Source of the DNA: Tubulanus polymorphus
Lineage: Eukaryota; Animalia; Nemertea
DNA: 64,000 nucleotides
Direction of reading: 5' to 3'
Assembly: GCF_964204645.1 (NCBI RefSeq)
Contig: NC_134034.1
Span: 2,046,072 to 2,110,071, forward strand
Shown: in pieces, positions 1-14,610 of the stretch
Layout: each line of letters begins with the position of its first letter
Position numbering within the stretch: the first letter of the stretch is position 1
Translations under genes and position numbers: made by a program
The notes under the pieces: generated by a model
What the model saw: only the letters and a program-made list of their open reading frames with translations
Database searches by the model: none
Told to the model about the DNA's origin: nothing

Positions 1-2
1 TA

Positions 3-872
3 AAGGAACCAATGGGAAACAAGCCTGTTACAGCAGTGCCGGGTATCGGGCCAGTTGGTGGTGAGCGATTAAGAAATCAAGGGATAAAATATGTACGTAT
101 CTGTATAAGCGTTTTCAAAATTTGAATTAGCTGTTATTCCTATAAAAAAAAAACTCTATACGTTCGACTGTCGTAGTGAGGATCTACCAGGTGTCGCTAC
201 CAGACAATCTTTCCATTCTCTGAATTTTAATCACTTCAGTGTTGTTTTGTAAATATTTGTATATACACGTGTAATAGTTTTCCTCCATTTTCTGTTTTCT
301 TGTTTTTAAGTTTTGTAAATTATAAATTTTATTGTACAAATTCTAATAACCTCTATGTACCAATGTTTGGTTAGAGCGAAATGAACCATTCTATATTCTA
401 TTCTATTCTAGTCTATTCTATTCTAGTCTATTCTATTCTAGTCTATTCTGCATGTATTCTTTCCTATTCTATTCTAGTCTAGTCTAGTCTAGTCTAGTCT
501 AGTCTATTCTAGTCTACATGTATTCTATTCTGACAAATGAAATTTTCTATATGTGGGGCATTTCAAATCACTTCCCAAGTAGACGTGGTGTCGTTGGATT
601 CCTAGTTTTAAAGGTTGCCTAATCCAAGAAAATAAGATTAGAACTAACCATTTTGAATGTTTATTCGGATTAAATCATCTACATTTTCGAAATGATTTTA
701 TTCGCAATATGTTTTTTATCTCTTTCAGGCCCCTCAAATGTTCGGTCAGTATCTAAGGGTAGGAAATGATACCGAATTTACTGGGTGGGTAAAAGACACT
801 TGCAGAACAGGAACAGGTCCCGCGAACGCCTGCAAAGATGGTATGAAAGCCTACTACGAAAACTTCATGTAA
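3..872 (+). CDS. Barrier-to-autointegration factor-like protein, 5'-partial; exons <3-92 and 729-872
   Basis: Spliced translation KEPMGNKPVTAVPGIGPVGGERLRNQGIKY|APQMFGQYLRVGNDTEFTGWVKDTCRTGTGPANACKDGMKAYYENFM* follows the BAF pattern (EPMGEKPV..GIG..GQFL..WLKDTC). GT at 93, AG at 727-728, AATAAA at 899-904. Absent from the ORF track. Confidence 0.85.
391..530. repeat. (CTATT/CTAGT)n pentamer microsatellite
   Basis: Read directly; lies in the BAF-like intron. Confidence 0.9.
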
Positions 873-1391
873 GAGATCAACTTTATCACCTGCATATAAA
901 TAAAAGGATAATGTTCTCATTGTAACTACTTGGTTCGAATCCCTGCCTCCGATTGATTGTGCCAAGATGATTTGAATCTTTTATCATTTTATTTGTATGT
1001 TTTAAAACTGATATATTTGTGCGAATAAAAAGATCATTAAAAAGTTTGCATTTGCAAAAGATAGTTAGCTTTTGAATCGTGGTCATGTCAATGAAACTAC
1101 ACGGATGTCTGATAATTTTATCGTTTATGCATAAAGATTTGTTTTCTATCTTACATGTATTTATGCAATAACGAATAGAATTCAAATTCGAAAGCAGGGA
1201 AGAAAGAACACAATAAGTGCGTGGTCTTGGTTTGTTTCGTATCCCGGCACCGGTCACAATGTAAATCTATTTGTCACCTACACTGACACTTATCTATGTT
1301 CGTCTGAAGGTCAAAATGAACCACCAGCGAAATAGAGGATTTTGAAGTCAAGAAGTTTGAAATCTCCATGAAAATGCATATGTACCTCCTG

Positions 1392-1520
1392 GATCCAGTT
1401 TCACGAAAAAGTTTAACTCAATTTTTTAGTGTAATCGCCATTGGTTACTTCGTGTTTTCAATGAGGACAATAATTCAAACTTAACTAATTTAAGCTTAAA
1501 CTTTTTCATGAAACCGGACC
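1392..1520. mobile_element. Harbinger-like MITE with CWG flanks
   Basis: TIRs gatccagtttcacgaaaaagttt / aaactttttcatgaaaccggacc, flanked by CTG and CAG. Degenerate sister copy near 26765-26905. Confidence 0.55.
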
Positions 1521-2303
1521 CAGGGCTTCATTTTTTCGAAACGTCCTAGTAAAAAACCTATGCCTGATCTGATCTGACCAATGTGATGTTGGACACTGCT
1601 CCCCTTTTCTCAGCGTTCAAGAAAAAAGTTAATTGCTGCTGAATACCATGGTTTCTTCATGTTATCAATGACTTTTGAGGCAAATAATTTGAACTAGATC
1701 GTAACTTTTCGCGATGAAACCGGATTTCTATTTGTTGTCTATGCAGATAGATCAACAAAATTCGAATAGTTCAATAGTTATTCAATTCGTTACCCGGTAC
1801 TTCCAAAATTCGACCAGATTTTTTGGACAAATTTCAAAATTTTTCTGCAATTATTAATCTTTGGGAATATTTTCAAAATAAATCCCACTGAAAAAATTGT
1901 TTGCCCATCGAAAAGGCCAGGGGCAGATCAAAATCTAGATAGAAGTACTTTTCGGGGAGGACCTTTTTCTACGTCGTAAGTCAACAAATGTGAAATCAAT
2001 GTATGATTTTATATAAAAAGCTTTTAAAACGGTAGTTAATTTGAAAAACTAGGGCCAGAAAAATCGGCACTAAAAACTCTAGGCCTAGGGGGTAGTGCGG
2101 GCCAACCTCTGTCCGCCGCTGCATGGATCGGCCCACGACGAAGACGCGCACAAGGCTCTGGTCTTGGATCAGAATAGTCATTTTTTTCTTCCGCGTTGAG
2201 TGGGGACACTAGCAACCAGTCTATATCCTGAATGGATAATGTATTAGTCATCGGTGCTGCAGCATCCAGCAGCAGCATTATCCGCGCGCGCGCGCGCCGA
2301 AAA

Positions 2304-2492
2304 TGACGTCATTGCTTCGCCGCGACACCTCTCATCATGACGTCATTTGAATCGAGCAGCCACCAATCGGAGTCGCTGTAACTGCGTGGCTGCTGAAACT
2401 GATCAATCAGCGACGCCGTATCAATTGGAACTGGGCGACGCCCGATGCTGATAGTATAAATAGACGCCGGCGCGCTGATGAGGCTCTCATTT
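2304..2492 (+). promoter_or_regulatory. alpha-tubulin promoter: two CRE palindromes, CCAAT, TATA, Inr
   Basis: TGACGTCA at 2304 and 2338, CCAAT at 2363, TATAAATA at 2455-2462, TCATTT at 2487-2492; ATG at 2625. Confidence 0.7.
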
Positions 2493-2624
2493 TAGACCGT
2501 GCCACGACCATAACGTCTAGCTGTAGGGTCGAAAAAAAGACAAGATCCTCTCTGCGAAATCATCAATCCGTACTTCTAAATCAATCATATTCTTCTACTA
2601 CTGAATCACTACAAAACTAACAAA

Positions 2625-5702
<3,078 letters not shown>

Positions 5703-5869
5703 TTACCGGTGTTCAATATAGAGGTCACCGCCGAAGCCTATACGTTTTGATTAAGCGGTATTAGCAGACGCCGATTAAGAATTGATGTAGCTTGACTTAT
5801 CGCGGTTTATCAGCTCACCAAATATAGTTTCAGCCGACTGATATTAATCTCAGCATTAACGGAGTTAAT

Positions 5870-6030
5870 TAACAAAACCCACAGCGGATGATTTAACAAA
5901 TTATTCCAACAATTTCCAAGTTTTTTCTCAACTTAATCATCGGAGACACAAAATCTGGTGATGAAGTTTAGTCAAAATTTCGAAACCGTCAGAAAATAAA
6001 TTATTATATCATCAACTGTGGGTTTTGCGC
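5870..6030 (+). mobile_element. Penelope-like terminal relic with degenerate hammerhead-like core
   Basis: gTGATGA-stem-GAAA-CC-GTC, then AATAAA and ttatatcatcaactgtg. Partly inverted copy at ~5870-5905; related copy at ~50301-50390. Confidence 0.45.
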
Positions 6031-6097
6031 ATAGATAGTTTAAGCCCCCAATGACAGCATCTAATTACCTTATTGTGTTTGATTGATAAGTACCCTT

Positions 6098-6300
6098 CGA
6101 GAAAAGATTGCTGCTTCAATAAATCCCCCTACGACATCATTGGATTACCTACTAGTGATTGATCTTCGAGAAATGATGGCTGCCTCCATAAATCCACCTA
6201 TGACATCCAACAAATTACCTACTAGTGATTTGATCTGTTGACATTCCTAGAAAAGATGTCCGCCTTCATTAATCCACCTATGACGTCATCAAATTGTCTA
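6098..6300. repeat. ~70-75 bp dispersed tandem repeat family (agatggctgcctccataaatccccctatgacatcatc...)
   Basis: Arrays also at ~11408-11590, 19435-19730, 23335-23390, 25105-25400, 26920-27110, 28120-28310, 33090-33605 and 34690-35060, in both orientations. Confidence 0.85.
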
Positions 6301-6803
6301 AGTTATTTTGATGAAGGCTGTCGTCTTTGAAATTCTTATAGACCGAAATCACTAGTAGACGGATCGATGATGTCATAGGGTGATACATAGAGTAAAGCCA
6401 TGATTGCTGGATAGTTCGGACTAGGCTATTTTTGGTGAGCCTTCTTAAAAGCGGTAATAGATAGTGGTACTCGCGTATTTTTTCAACAATTCCAGCTTTC
6501 GATGTTACTATAAAGGATACAATCATGTTTAAAACAGTATTGTGCATTTTAACCAGATCGCCTCTTTCCGCATTCTTCTCATAAGTATTCCTAGAGACTT
6601 TAGGGAAAAAGTATTCTTTTCTAAACCTAGACGACTTCCTCGGTGAAAACTTTGACGTGCGTTTTTAAAAAGCATTTATTATAAGTCGCGATCGCACGAG
6701 CGAGTGGTATACACGTGAACGGGCTCTCTAATTAGACCACGGTCCCTACGACTCCTTGATTACGTAAAAACTAAAAGATATTTTTGTCTAGTTTATAGTT
6801 GTA

Positions 6804-6968
6804 CAGTAGACTACTACCCCTAATATCGATACAGTTGGGACTTGGATTTTTTTACCCAATTATGCGGTTACTTAATTAGAAACCGAGATTAGAGAAAAAT
6901 TTGCTTACAAAACCATTGAATTACTGATTAACTGAGATAAACAGTACCGATTCAGGAGGCGTCTGCTG
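6804..6968. mobile_element. Tc1/mariner-type MITE (TA|CAGTAGAC...GTCTGCTG|TA)
   Basis: Short TIRs flanked by TA. Related copies at ~9617-9760, 10846-11015 and 59125-59255. Confidence 0.55.
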
Positions 6969-7894
6969 TAATTGAGATACGAAAGTGAGGCAGACGCTTC
7001 CTCGAACTCTGAATTTTCTCCTTTAAAACTTATATCCAGGAATGACTGATCTGTAGGCACGGGCCTCGTCTGGTGCAGGCCCAACTGTCTCGTGTGATCG
7101 CGGCCTATATCCAGTCTAGGGCGGTTAGTTAGTTATTCAGTATTATTAGCCCGGAACAAATCAAACTCAACTACGACTAAAGTTGTTCGAAAATTTCGAG
7201 GAGGTTTATACCAGTTTTGTGTTCAACTGAGAAGAAAAAGAAATTATATATATATTTATATATTTTTGAATATGGTTTTAGACAATCAGTGATCTTCCAT
7301 ACTTAGACCAGACTTAGGTCGCGTTTCGACCGGTTCTCGTCTCGGTAGAATTTCCGAAAACAGTGATTGTTATTTCTAAGCTTCGTCGATGTTTTATTTC
7401 GAACTGATCGATAAAATCACCGTTAAATAATGTGCTATAATTAGTTATGGTTTTTGTGCTAATCCGTGCGGAACTTTTTTCGTATCATTCAAGAATAAAA
7501 CTTGATTTGAATCTCGCTGTAGCGTTAAAGACGTCTTGTTGTCGAGTGCTGGATTTAATTTCATGGTGTCTGCTTTTGGAGAGAATCTCTTCTCGGTGCC
7601 TGGTACATGTACCATTAATCTGGAGCCACCCCCTTGGACTATCTACAGCGTGGAACCACCCTTCAGCCTATCTGGAAACGCCCCCTTGGACAATCCGCTA
7701 CTCTTTTGGACGATTATGCTCTCTGAAAATTTTATCTTCAATATGTAGCTCGAAAACCCCTTGAACTTATGGTAATGTGGAGCCAACCATTTGGACAATC
7801 TAGCTTGGAAGTACCGTTTTGACCCTGTAACCACCGCACAATCTATGGCCTGGAAATGACACTAATTTCTATTTCAACCTGACTTTAGAGCATT

Positions 7895-8333
7895 CTGGGT
7901 GGCCTGGCTCGATAATTTTTGGTAGTACATACCTGATAAAGGTCTGAATAGGACCAGAAAGGACAGGCAGTCGACCTAAATCATCATTTTTTAATCCATT
8001 TGAAACTGTATTGAAGGATATCCATAAAGACTTCACTGAAAGGGGTAAAATGAAGAGAAATGAGACTCCATGATTTGAAAGTTTAACAATATGTTTCCAT
8101 GCCTACGTATCAAATTTCATTTGGTAGGCATGGAGACATATTGTTAAACTTTCAAATCACGGAGTCTCTTTTCTCTCAGGAACCCCTCTCAATGCAGACT
8201 TTTTGGATATCCTTCAATACAGTTTCAAATGGATTAAAAAATGATGATTTAGGTCGACTGCCAATGCATTCTGGCCCTAATAAGACTTCTATCAGGCATG
8301 TACTACCAAAACTGACTGAGCTAGGCCACCCTG
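7895..8333. mobile_element. ~440-bp fold-back palindromic element, Tc1/mariner-like end (...GGCCACCCTG|TA)
   Basis: Two ~210-bp arms are reverse complements around a ~17-nt centre near 8107-8123. Confidence 0.75.
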
Positions 8334-9381
8334 TATGCTTTCAAGTCAGGTTGAAATAGACATTAGTCTGTCTGGGATTACTTCAATCAGTAGTCTGAAA
8401 CCACCCCTTCAAACATACTCCGTATACAGAAGAGTCGGCAGCCTGGATCAAACCCCAAGGTTGGACTCTCTTCTGGTTGTGTACCATATCCATAAGGGAA
8501 GAAATAACCATGTCTGAGGTTTACTTGAATAATTGCACAACTTGCATAAAGTTTATTTTCAAAAACAGATCATACATATCGGTATCATATTCAGAAAGAA
8601 ACTAATCAATACAGCATTTTGATGTGACGCTATTTTTCGGAGGACCCCGTCGCGAGTTAAATATCTCCAAACAAGCCTTCCTGAAATGCATTCTAGTCTA
8701 ATACGGAAGAAGTTTGATATGAGCGATATTTTTAGAGCCTTTTAATCGGTATCGGCACAAATGCCTCCAGGATATTTATTGCCCCCCCCCCCAATTTTAA
8801 CTTCAATTTCGATCAATCTTTCGATTCAAGTACTTCAGACCTCATTGAAAATGTTCCACAGTTGTGAGTTAGAGTTAACTCTGAGTTAAAGTTAGTTCAT
8901 TTTCAATGTTTTAACCCAGGGTCAATTCTTAATTCAGAACTGTGGAACTGGACCCACATTTTCAATGAGGTCAATGGTTCAAACTTAACCGATTTAACCA
9001 TTGATGACACGGCGCCCTCATCTGCTAAAGTGACGGATCACTAACTATAGTAGAAGATGACTAATTATCAGGGTAGCCAATAACTGGAAATCAGGCAATT
9101 GTCATAAATTCCTTTAAATCAATATGGTCACAATTTTACTATCAGGGGCTTGTTGCTCAAAAGTTGGCAAAGTGACGACAAATGAAATTGCAATGTCACC
9201 GTGGTCCACTGGTTAACTTGAAACAACTTTTGCTCAACTCATCGCTGAATTTAACGACTATCTAAATTCTAAGGCGGTTTTAGAAAAAAATGCGTGAAAT
9301 AATCGCTTTGATAAAAGAAACTGAAGTAGATGCTCCGCGAGAAAAGTCCGTCTGCTCCGTCGATAGAGAATCCGTCTGCTG

Positions 9382-12300
9382 CTAAGATTTTTCCTTCGTG
9401 TTGGCGACAGTCGCTTTTCGTTTCTTCACCATTTCGGCTAAATATTTAAATCGTTCTATACAATCCTCCTGCAACAACAACAACAACAACAAGGAATTTT
9501 ATCAGAATAGTTCAGAAAATGGAGCTATGTCAGAAAGATTGCTAGATATTAGGAGATTTCGAGGAGAAAATTTCAAATTTCAAGGAAGCGTCTGCATCAC
9601 TTTTATATCCCGATTACAGTAGACTCCTCCTAAATCGGTACTGTTTATCTCAGTAAACCGTTAATTCAGTGATTTTGTAAACAAATTTTTACCCTTGACA
9701 TAAACTAAACTCAATTTCCAACATGGGAACCGCCTTTGGGTAAAAACAAATCCCTACTGTGTAGATTAACGGTAGAAACTATTACTCACTTTAGTTTTAC
9801 CGGTGATGCACTCGGCTATTTTATCCCACCGATCGGTTGTTCCTTTCGGGTGTTTCGCCAGCGCCCATTCTAACGTTTTCTGCTGCGCTTGCGTCCACGT
9901 TTTTGCGCCGGTTTGCGTCGTAATCACCGACGCCGCTGAATTCTCCTTTTCCGAATTCCGCGTTGAGTTCGACGACGTTTCGAAGTCGGCGGATTTTTTA
10001 TTCGACGAGTTTTTTATCGCGACTTTTCGCGCGTTTAGATTATTCTCAATTTCTCCAGTATTCCCTCGCAATTCCGCCGGCGGCGACGGAGAGTTTTTAT
10101 CGACCAATCGAGTCGACATGATTTCGTCGCTGACCGCTTTCGGCTTCGACGCGACGTCCTCCTCGGAGCAGACCAACCCCTGCACTGACGGGTCGACGGA
10201 AACCTCGCCGAAATTTTGCAGACCCTTCGCTTTTTTTATCACCTGCGTTAAAAATAATATTAATTGAAATACTAGATTAACAGATGATTAAAAGTTATTT
10301 AGAAAATTATTCATCTAACTTAGTCTTTTCAGAGTGCGATGCGGTGTATAAATCAGTGATGGAGTTTACTAGTACATCGCATCACGGTGTATTGATGTTA
10401 TTAGTGATTAGTTTTTATCTATTCTTTTCTCTTTAACTATTCAACAAACAGCGATGGAATCTTTTAAAATTTTCAAATTATCTCCTGCACTTTCAGGTAT
10501 CAATCAGTACTGAAAGCGTTAAAGACAAACCAGACCCGCAGAAGAGTAGAGCTCGGTTCTGCCGACTTATTTTCGGAAATAGACACGACACGTACCTCTG
10601 AGACGGGCCGTCCCATGAATTCGGCTATTTTGACCCATCTGTTCGACGTGCCTCCCGGGAATTTATTCACCGCTCGCGACAAAGTGGCGTATTCCTCCGT
10701 ACTCCACTCACCCGCCTGAAATCATTACAATCAGAAATCAGAAATCGGGGTCCATTCAGATCAACCATTCTTGGCTAGGTGGAATTTTGGAGGAGAAAAT
10801 TTCACATTTCAAGGAAGCGTCTGCATCATTTTCATATCCCAATTACAGTAGATTCCTCATAAATCGGTACTGTTTATCTCGGTAAACCATTAATTCAGCG
10901 GTTTTGTAAGCAAATCTTTATTCTATACACTACCTAAACTCAATTCTAATTCAGTAACCGCCTAATAGGGTAAAAACAAATCTTGGCCCCAACTGTACCG
11001 ATTTAGGCGTAGTCAAAAATACATAAAGTATACACTCTACAGTACATACTCTTTATGTATTTTTGGCGTAGTCTAATGTTCAACTTCTTAAGTATCTACC
11101 GGTAATTACCTATTTCTAAAAATTTAAGGAGTTTTAAAGGAGTTTCAGGCATTTTGTTCAAATCAAATCAAAAGAGCCGTAGTGACCCTAGATTTATCCG
11201 TTGATGTGAGTATCTTTGATCGATGAACTGCACAAACCTTTTTTCTATCGTCATCGTTCTCGGCGTTAGTAGTGTTATCGGACTGGATAACAGCGGCGTA
11301 TTGGACTGGTTTCAGGATGTTCGACGCTTCCGCGTAAATGAACTCCGGCTGCGGTTCGACGACGACGCGCTTCCTGCGCGGGCGAATTTGTTCTGAAATT
11401 AACATAACGAATCCCCCTATGACATCATCGAAGTACCTACTACTGATTTGATCAATAGTAACTTCGAGAAAAGATGTTTGCTTCTATAAATCCCCCTATG
11501 ACATCATCGAATTCCTTACTAGCGATTTTATCTGAATTATTTTCTAGAAAAGATGGCTGCTCCTATAAATCCCCCTATGACATCATCAGATTGTAATAAA
11601 ACAAAAGACAGCATCTCTCACCCTCTGATTCCTCCTCATTACTATTCTCATTCTCGTTTTCCTCGTTCGCCGCCGTAGCAGCGATCTCGGCCGCCGTTTT
11701 CTGATGTCGGTATTCGTCGATCGAAGCCTTCACGCGGCGCCACGTCTGCGGTAGATTTCTGGCGCTCGCCGCGAACCACTTGACGAGCGCGAACGGAATC
11801 AGATCCTGCCAGCGCGGACGCGGTATTGTTTCGACCATGTTCGCGCGGTACATCTTGTTCAGTTCCGAGTCGTCTTCGCGCTTCTTGCGACTTTTCTTCT
11901 TGTTTTTTTCGATTTGCTCGCTGATGAACTCGTCCTGCAGAAAATACAACGACTTTAAACAATTTTCAATTAAAATGTCAAAAATCTTTACCTAAAATGT
12001 GGCTTAATCCAAAATTTTTATCACAAAAATGAATCAATAGTGAAACAAACTATAGCTAGATTGAAGAGCCCCCTGGTGTCTGTGACAAACTATCGCTAGA
12101 TTGAAGAGCCTCCTGGTGTCTGTGGAACAAACCATCATCCGATTGAAGAGCCCCCTAGTGTCTATGTAACAAACTATTATCAGATTAAAGCCCTCTGGTG
12201 TATGTGTGAGGAACTATCATTACACTGAAGAGCCCCCTGGTGACTGTGTAACAAACCATCATAAGATCGAAGAGCCCCCTAGTGTCTGGGTAACAAACTA

Positions 12301-13219
12301 CGAATACGAATACGAATATTTATTTACACTCCAACCATTTCCATGGTATATGGAGGAAAAACAGTATTTACAATAATTACAAACTGTTAATAGATTGAAG
12401 TTCCCTCTGGTGTCTGACTAACAAACTATAATTGAAGAGAACAAACTATCATGCCAGGCTTTGGCTTGAAGCCCCTCCTGGCGTCTATGCAACAAATTAT
12501 TGCTTCAGGCTTCCTCTATTGCCAGTTTAACTTACCACAGCCAGTCTCTTCTCAAAGTAAATTGCCCACTTGACCAAAAACTGACCGATGGTCAGTACGA
12601 TGAACAAGATCACCGACATTTCGAGGATGCCCATTTTACGAGCACGCCGATAGTAGAAAATCGGTTGCCTCCAGTTCGGAAGACCGTTGACCAAAACATC
12701 GTTATATCTTAAAGAAGAGAAAGAACAAATTGTAAAACCCCTTCACTTCGTTACCGTTTAGTTTAAGTTAAACAATTTGGCTTTCAAACCTTTTACGTTT
12801 GTCCGAATCTTTGAGTACTTCATAAACGGCCACCAGATGGCGAAACTTTGTTTCCGCGTCTTTGGCGTCGTTTTTATCGGGATGAAGTTGAAGGGTTAAT
12901 TTTCGGTAAGCTTTACGAATTTCTGACGTACTCGCGGCCTGTAGATTAGAAAGAAATGTGAAATTTTATACATTTTTCCCGTGCGGCCGTGGTGCGGGAA
13001 GCCGAAAAGGGTCTGCTGCCTGCTGGGACTGGGTGGGTGACATTTGGGCTATACCGTTTATACCTGATCGACTCCGAGAAAATCGTAGAAATTCTCATTG
13101 ACTTCTTCAACGACGTCGAACAGCTCGAAATCCTCATTATCCCAAGCGGCGACGGCGCTGAAAACTAATAGAAAAGTCGACCAGGAAATAATCAAATTCT
13201 GCGAACTGGGCGCCGCCAT
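9382..13219 (-). CDS. DNAJC1: DnaJ homolog subfamily C member 1 (ERdj1/MTJ1), 534 aa; exons 13219-13064, 12938-12790, 12707-12536, 11934-11622, 11392-11238, 10715-10596, 10242-9790, 9468-9382
   Basis: Signal peptide then WDNEDFELFDVVEEVNENFYDFLG, J-domain with HPD, GLPNWRQPIFYYRRARKM plus TM helix, two SANT/Myb repeats (KFPGGTSNRW; KHPKGTTDRWDKIA). Exons sum to 1605 nt in frame. Confidence 0.93.
12040..12500. repeat. Degenerate ~40-bp minisatellite (aacaaactatc..agattgaagagccccctggtgtctgtg)
   Basis: Roughly 9 copies in DNAJC1 intron 3, interrupted near 12300-12380 by another dispersed repeat that recurs inverted at ~48205-48280. Confidence 0.8.
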
Positions 13220-14610
13220 CTTTGTTAGATTGGATGGGACTCGGAGTCACCCGTGTCTGAGCCCGCCGGTTTGAAAAGCGTTAAAAACGTATTTCGTTTA
13301 TCTATCATCGTTTTTTTCTATTCAAAAATCAAATAAACAAGTAATTTGAAACAAAAAAAGATTGATTTGATAACTAATCGTTTCGGGTGTTCTATGTTTA
13401 CAACTTATGACGTGTGGTCTTTTAGCTGCAGGTGCTTGTCCAAGAGGTTCACTTTTGTCCCTGGTGGTCGTCAGTCTAAAGATCATGGCTATGGCGTAAT
13501 AGTACATTGGTTACGCACAAAGCAGCATCAGGCAAGGGTTGGGTTAGGATGATGGTTACGGCTAATATTGAAATCTTAAGCTGAAATGTATGTAGATGGC
13601 AGCACTAATCAACTACAAAAACGAGAACAAATAATCATAGCCCGCCGGTCTGAAACACGTTAAAAACTTTTCCGTTTATTTATAATCGTTTTTTCTATTC
13701 AAAATCAAATAAACAAGTAATCTGAAACAAGAAATAAGATTGATTCGATTATTAATTGTTTCGGGTTTTCTATGTTTACAACTTATGAAATATGGTCCTT
13801 TCAGCTGCAGGTGCTTGTCTGAGAGGTTCACCTTTGTCCCTGGTGGTCGTCAGTCTAAAGATCATGGCTATGGCGTGATAGTACATTGGTTACACACAAA
13901 GCAGCATTATGCTAGGTTTGGGTTAGGTTTAGAGTTAGAACTAGAATTGAAATCTCAAGCTGAAATGTATGTAGATGGCAGCACTAATAAACTGCAAAAA
14001 CGTGAAAAAACAATCATTTTCAATATACAAAGCTGGTACAGTTCTATTTCATCTCAAAAAATGACTTTGTTTAACGTTTGAGTATTGTCAAATTCTGCCA
14101 ACTGGATGCAGCCAACTTTGTTAAAAGTTTGGATGGATTGGACTCGGAGTCACCCGTGTCTGAACCCGCCGGTCTGGAAAGCGTTAAAAACGTGTTCGTT
14201 TGTTTATCCTCATTTTTTAAAAATTCAAAATCAAATAAACAAGTAATTTGACACAAGAAATAAGATTGATTTGATTATCAATTGTTTCAGGGGTTCTATG
14301 TTTACAACTTATGACATAGGTCCTTTGAGCTGCAGGTGCTTGTCCAAGAGGTTCACTTTTGTCCCTGGTGGTCGTCAGTCTAAAGATCATGGCTATGGCG
14401 TGATAGTACATTGGTAACGCACAAAGCAGCATCAGGCTAGGTTTGGGTTAGTATTATGGTTAGGACTAGAATTGAAATCTCAAGCTGAAATTTATGTAGA
14501 TGGCAGCACTAATAAACTGCAAAAATTGAGAAAAAGCAATCATTTCTAATAAACAAAACTGGTAGTCTTAGTTCCATTTCATCTCATATGACTTTGTATA
14601 ACGTTTTGAT
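13190..14610. repeat. Three-copy ~400-480-bp tandem duplication of the DNAJC1 5' region
   Basis: Shared blocks such as ggtggtcgtcagtctaaagatcatggctatggcg at ~13464, 13843 and 14367. Confidence 0.9.

Noticed and set aside
13322-14432. Repeated short ORFs upstream of DNAJC1
   Set aside because: Products of the non-coding tandem duplication; frames are not conserved between copies.
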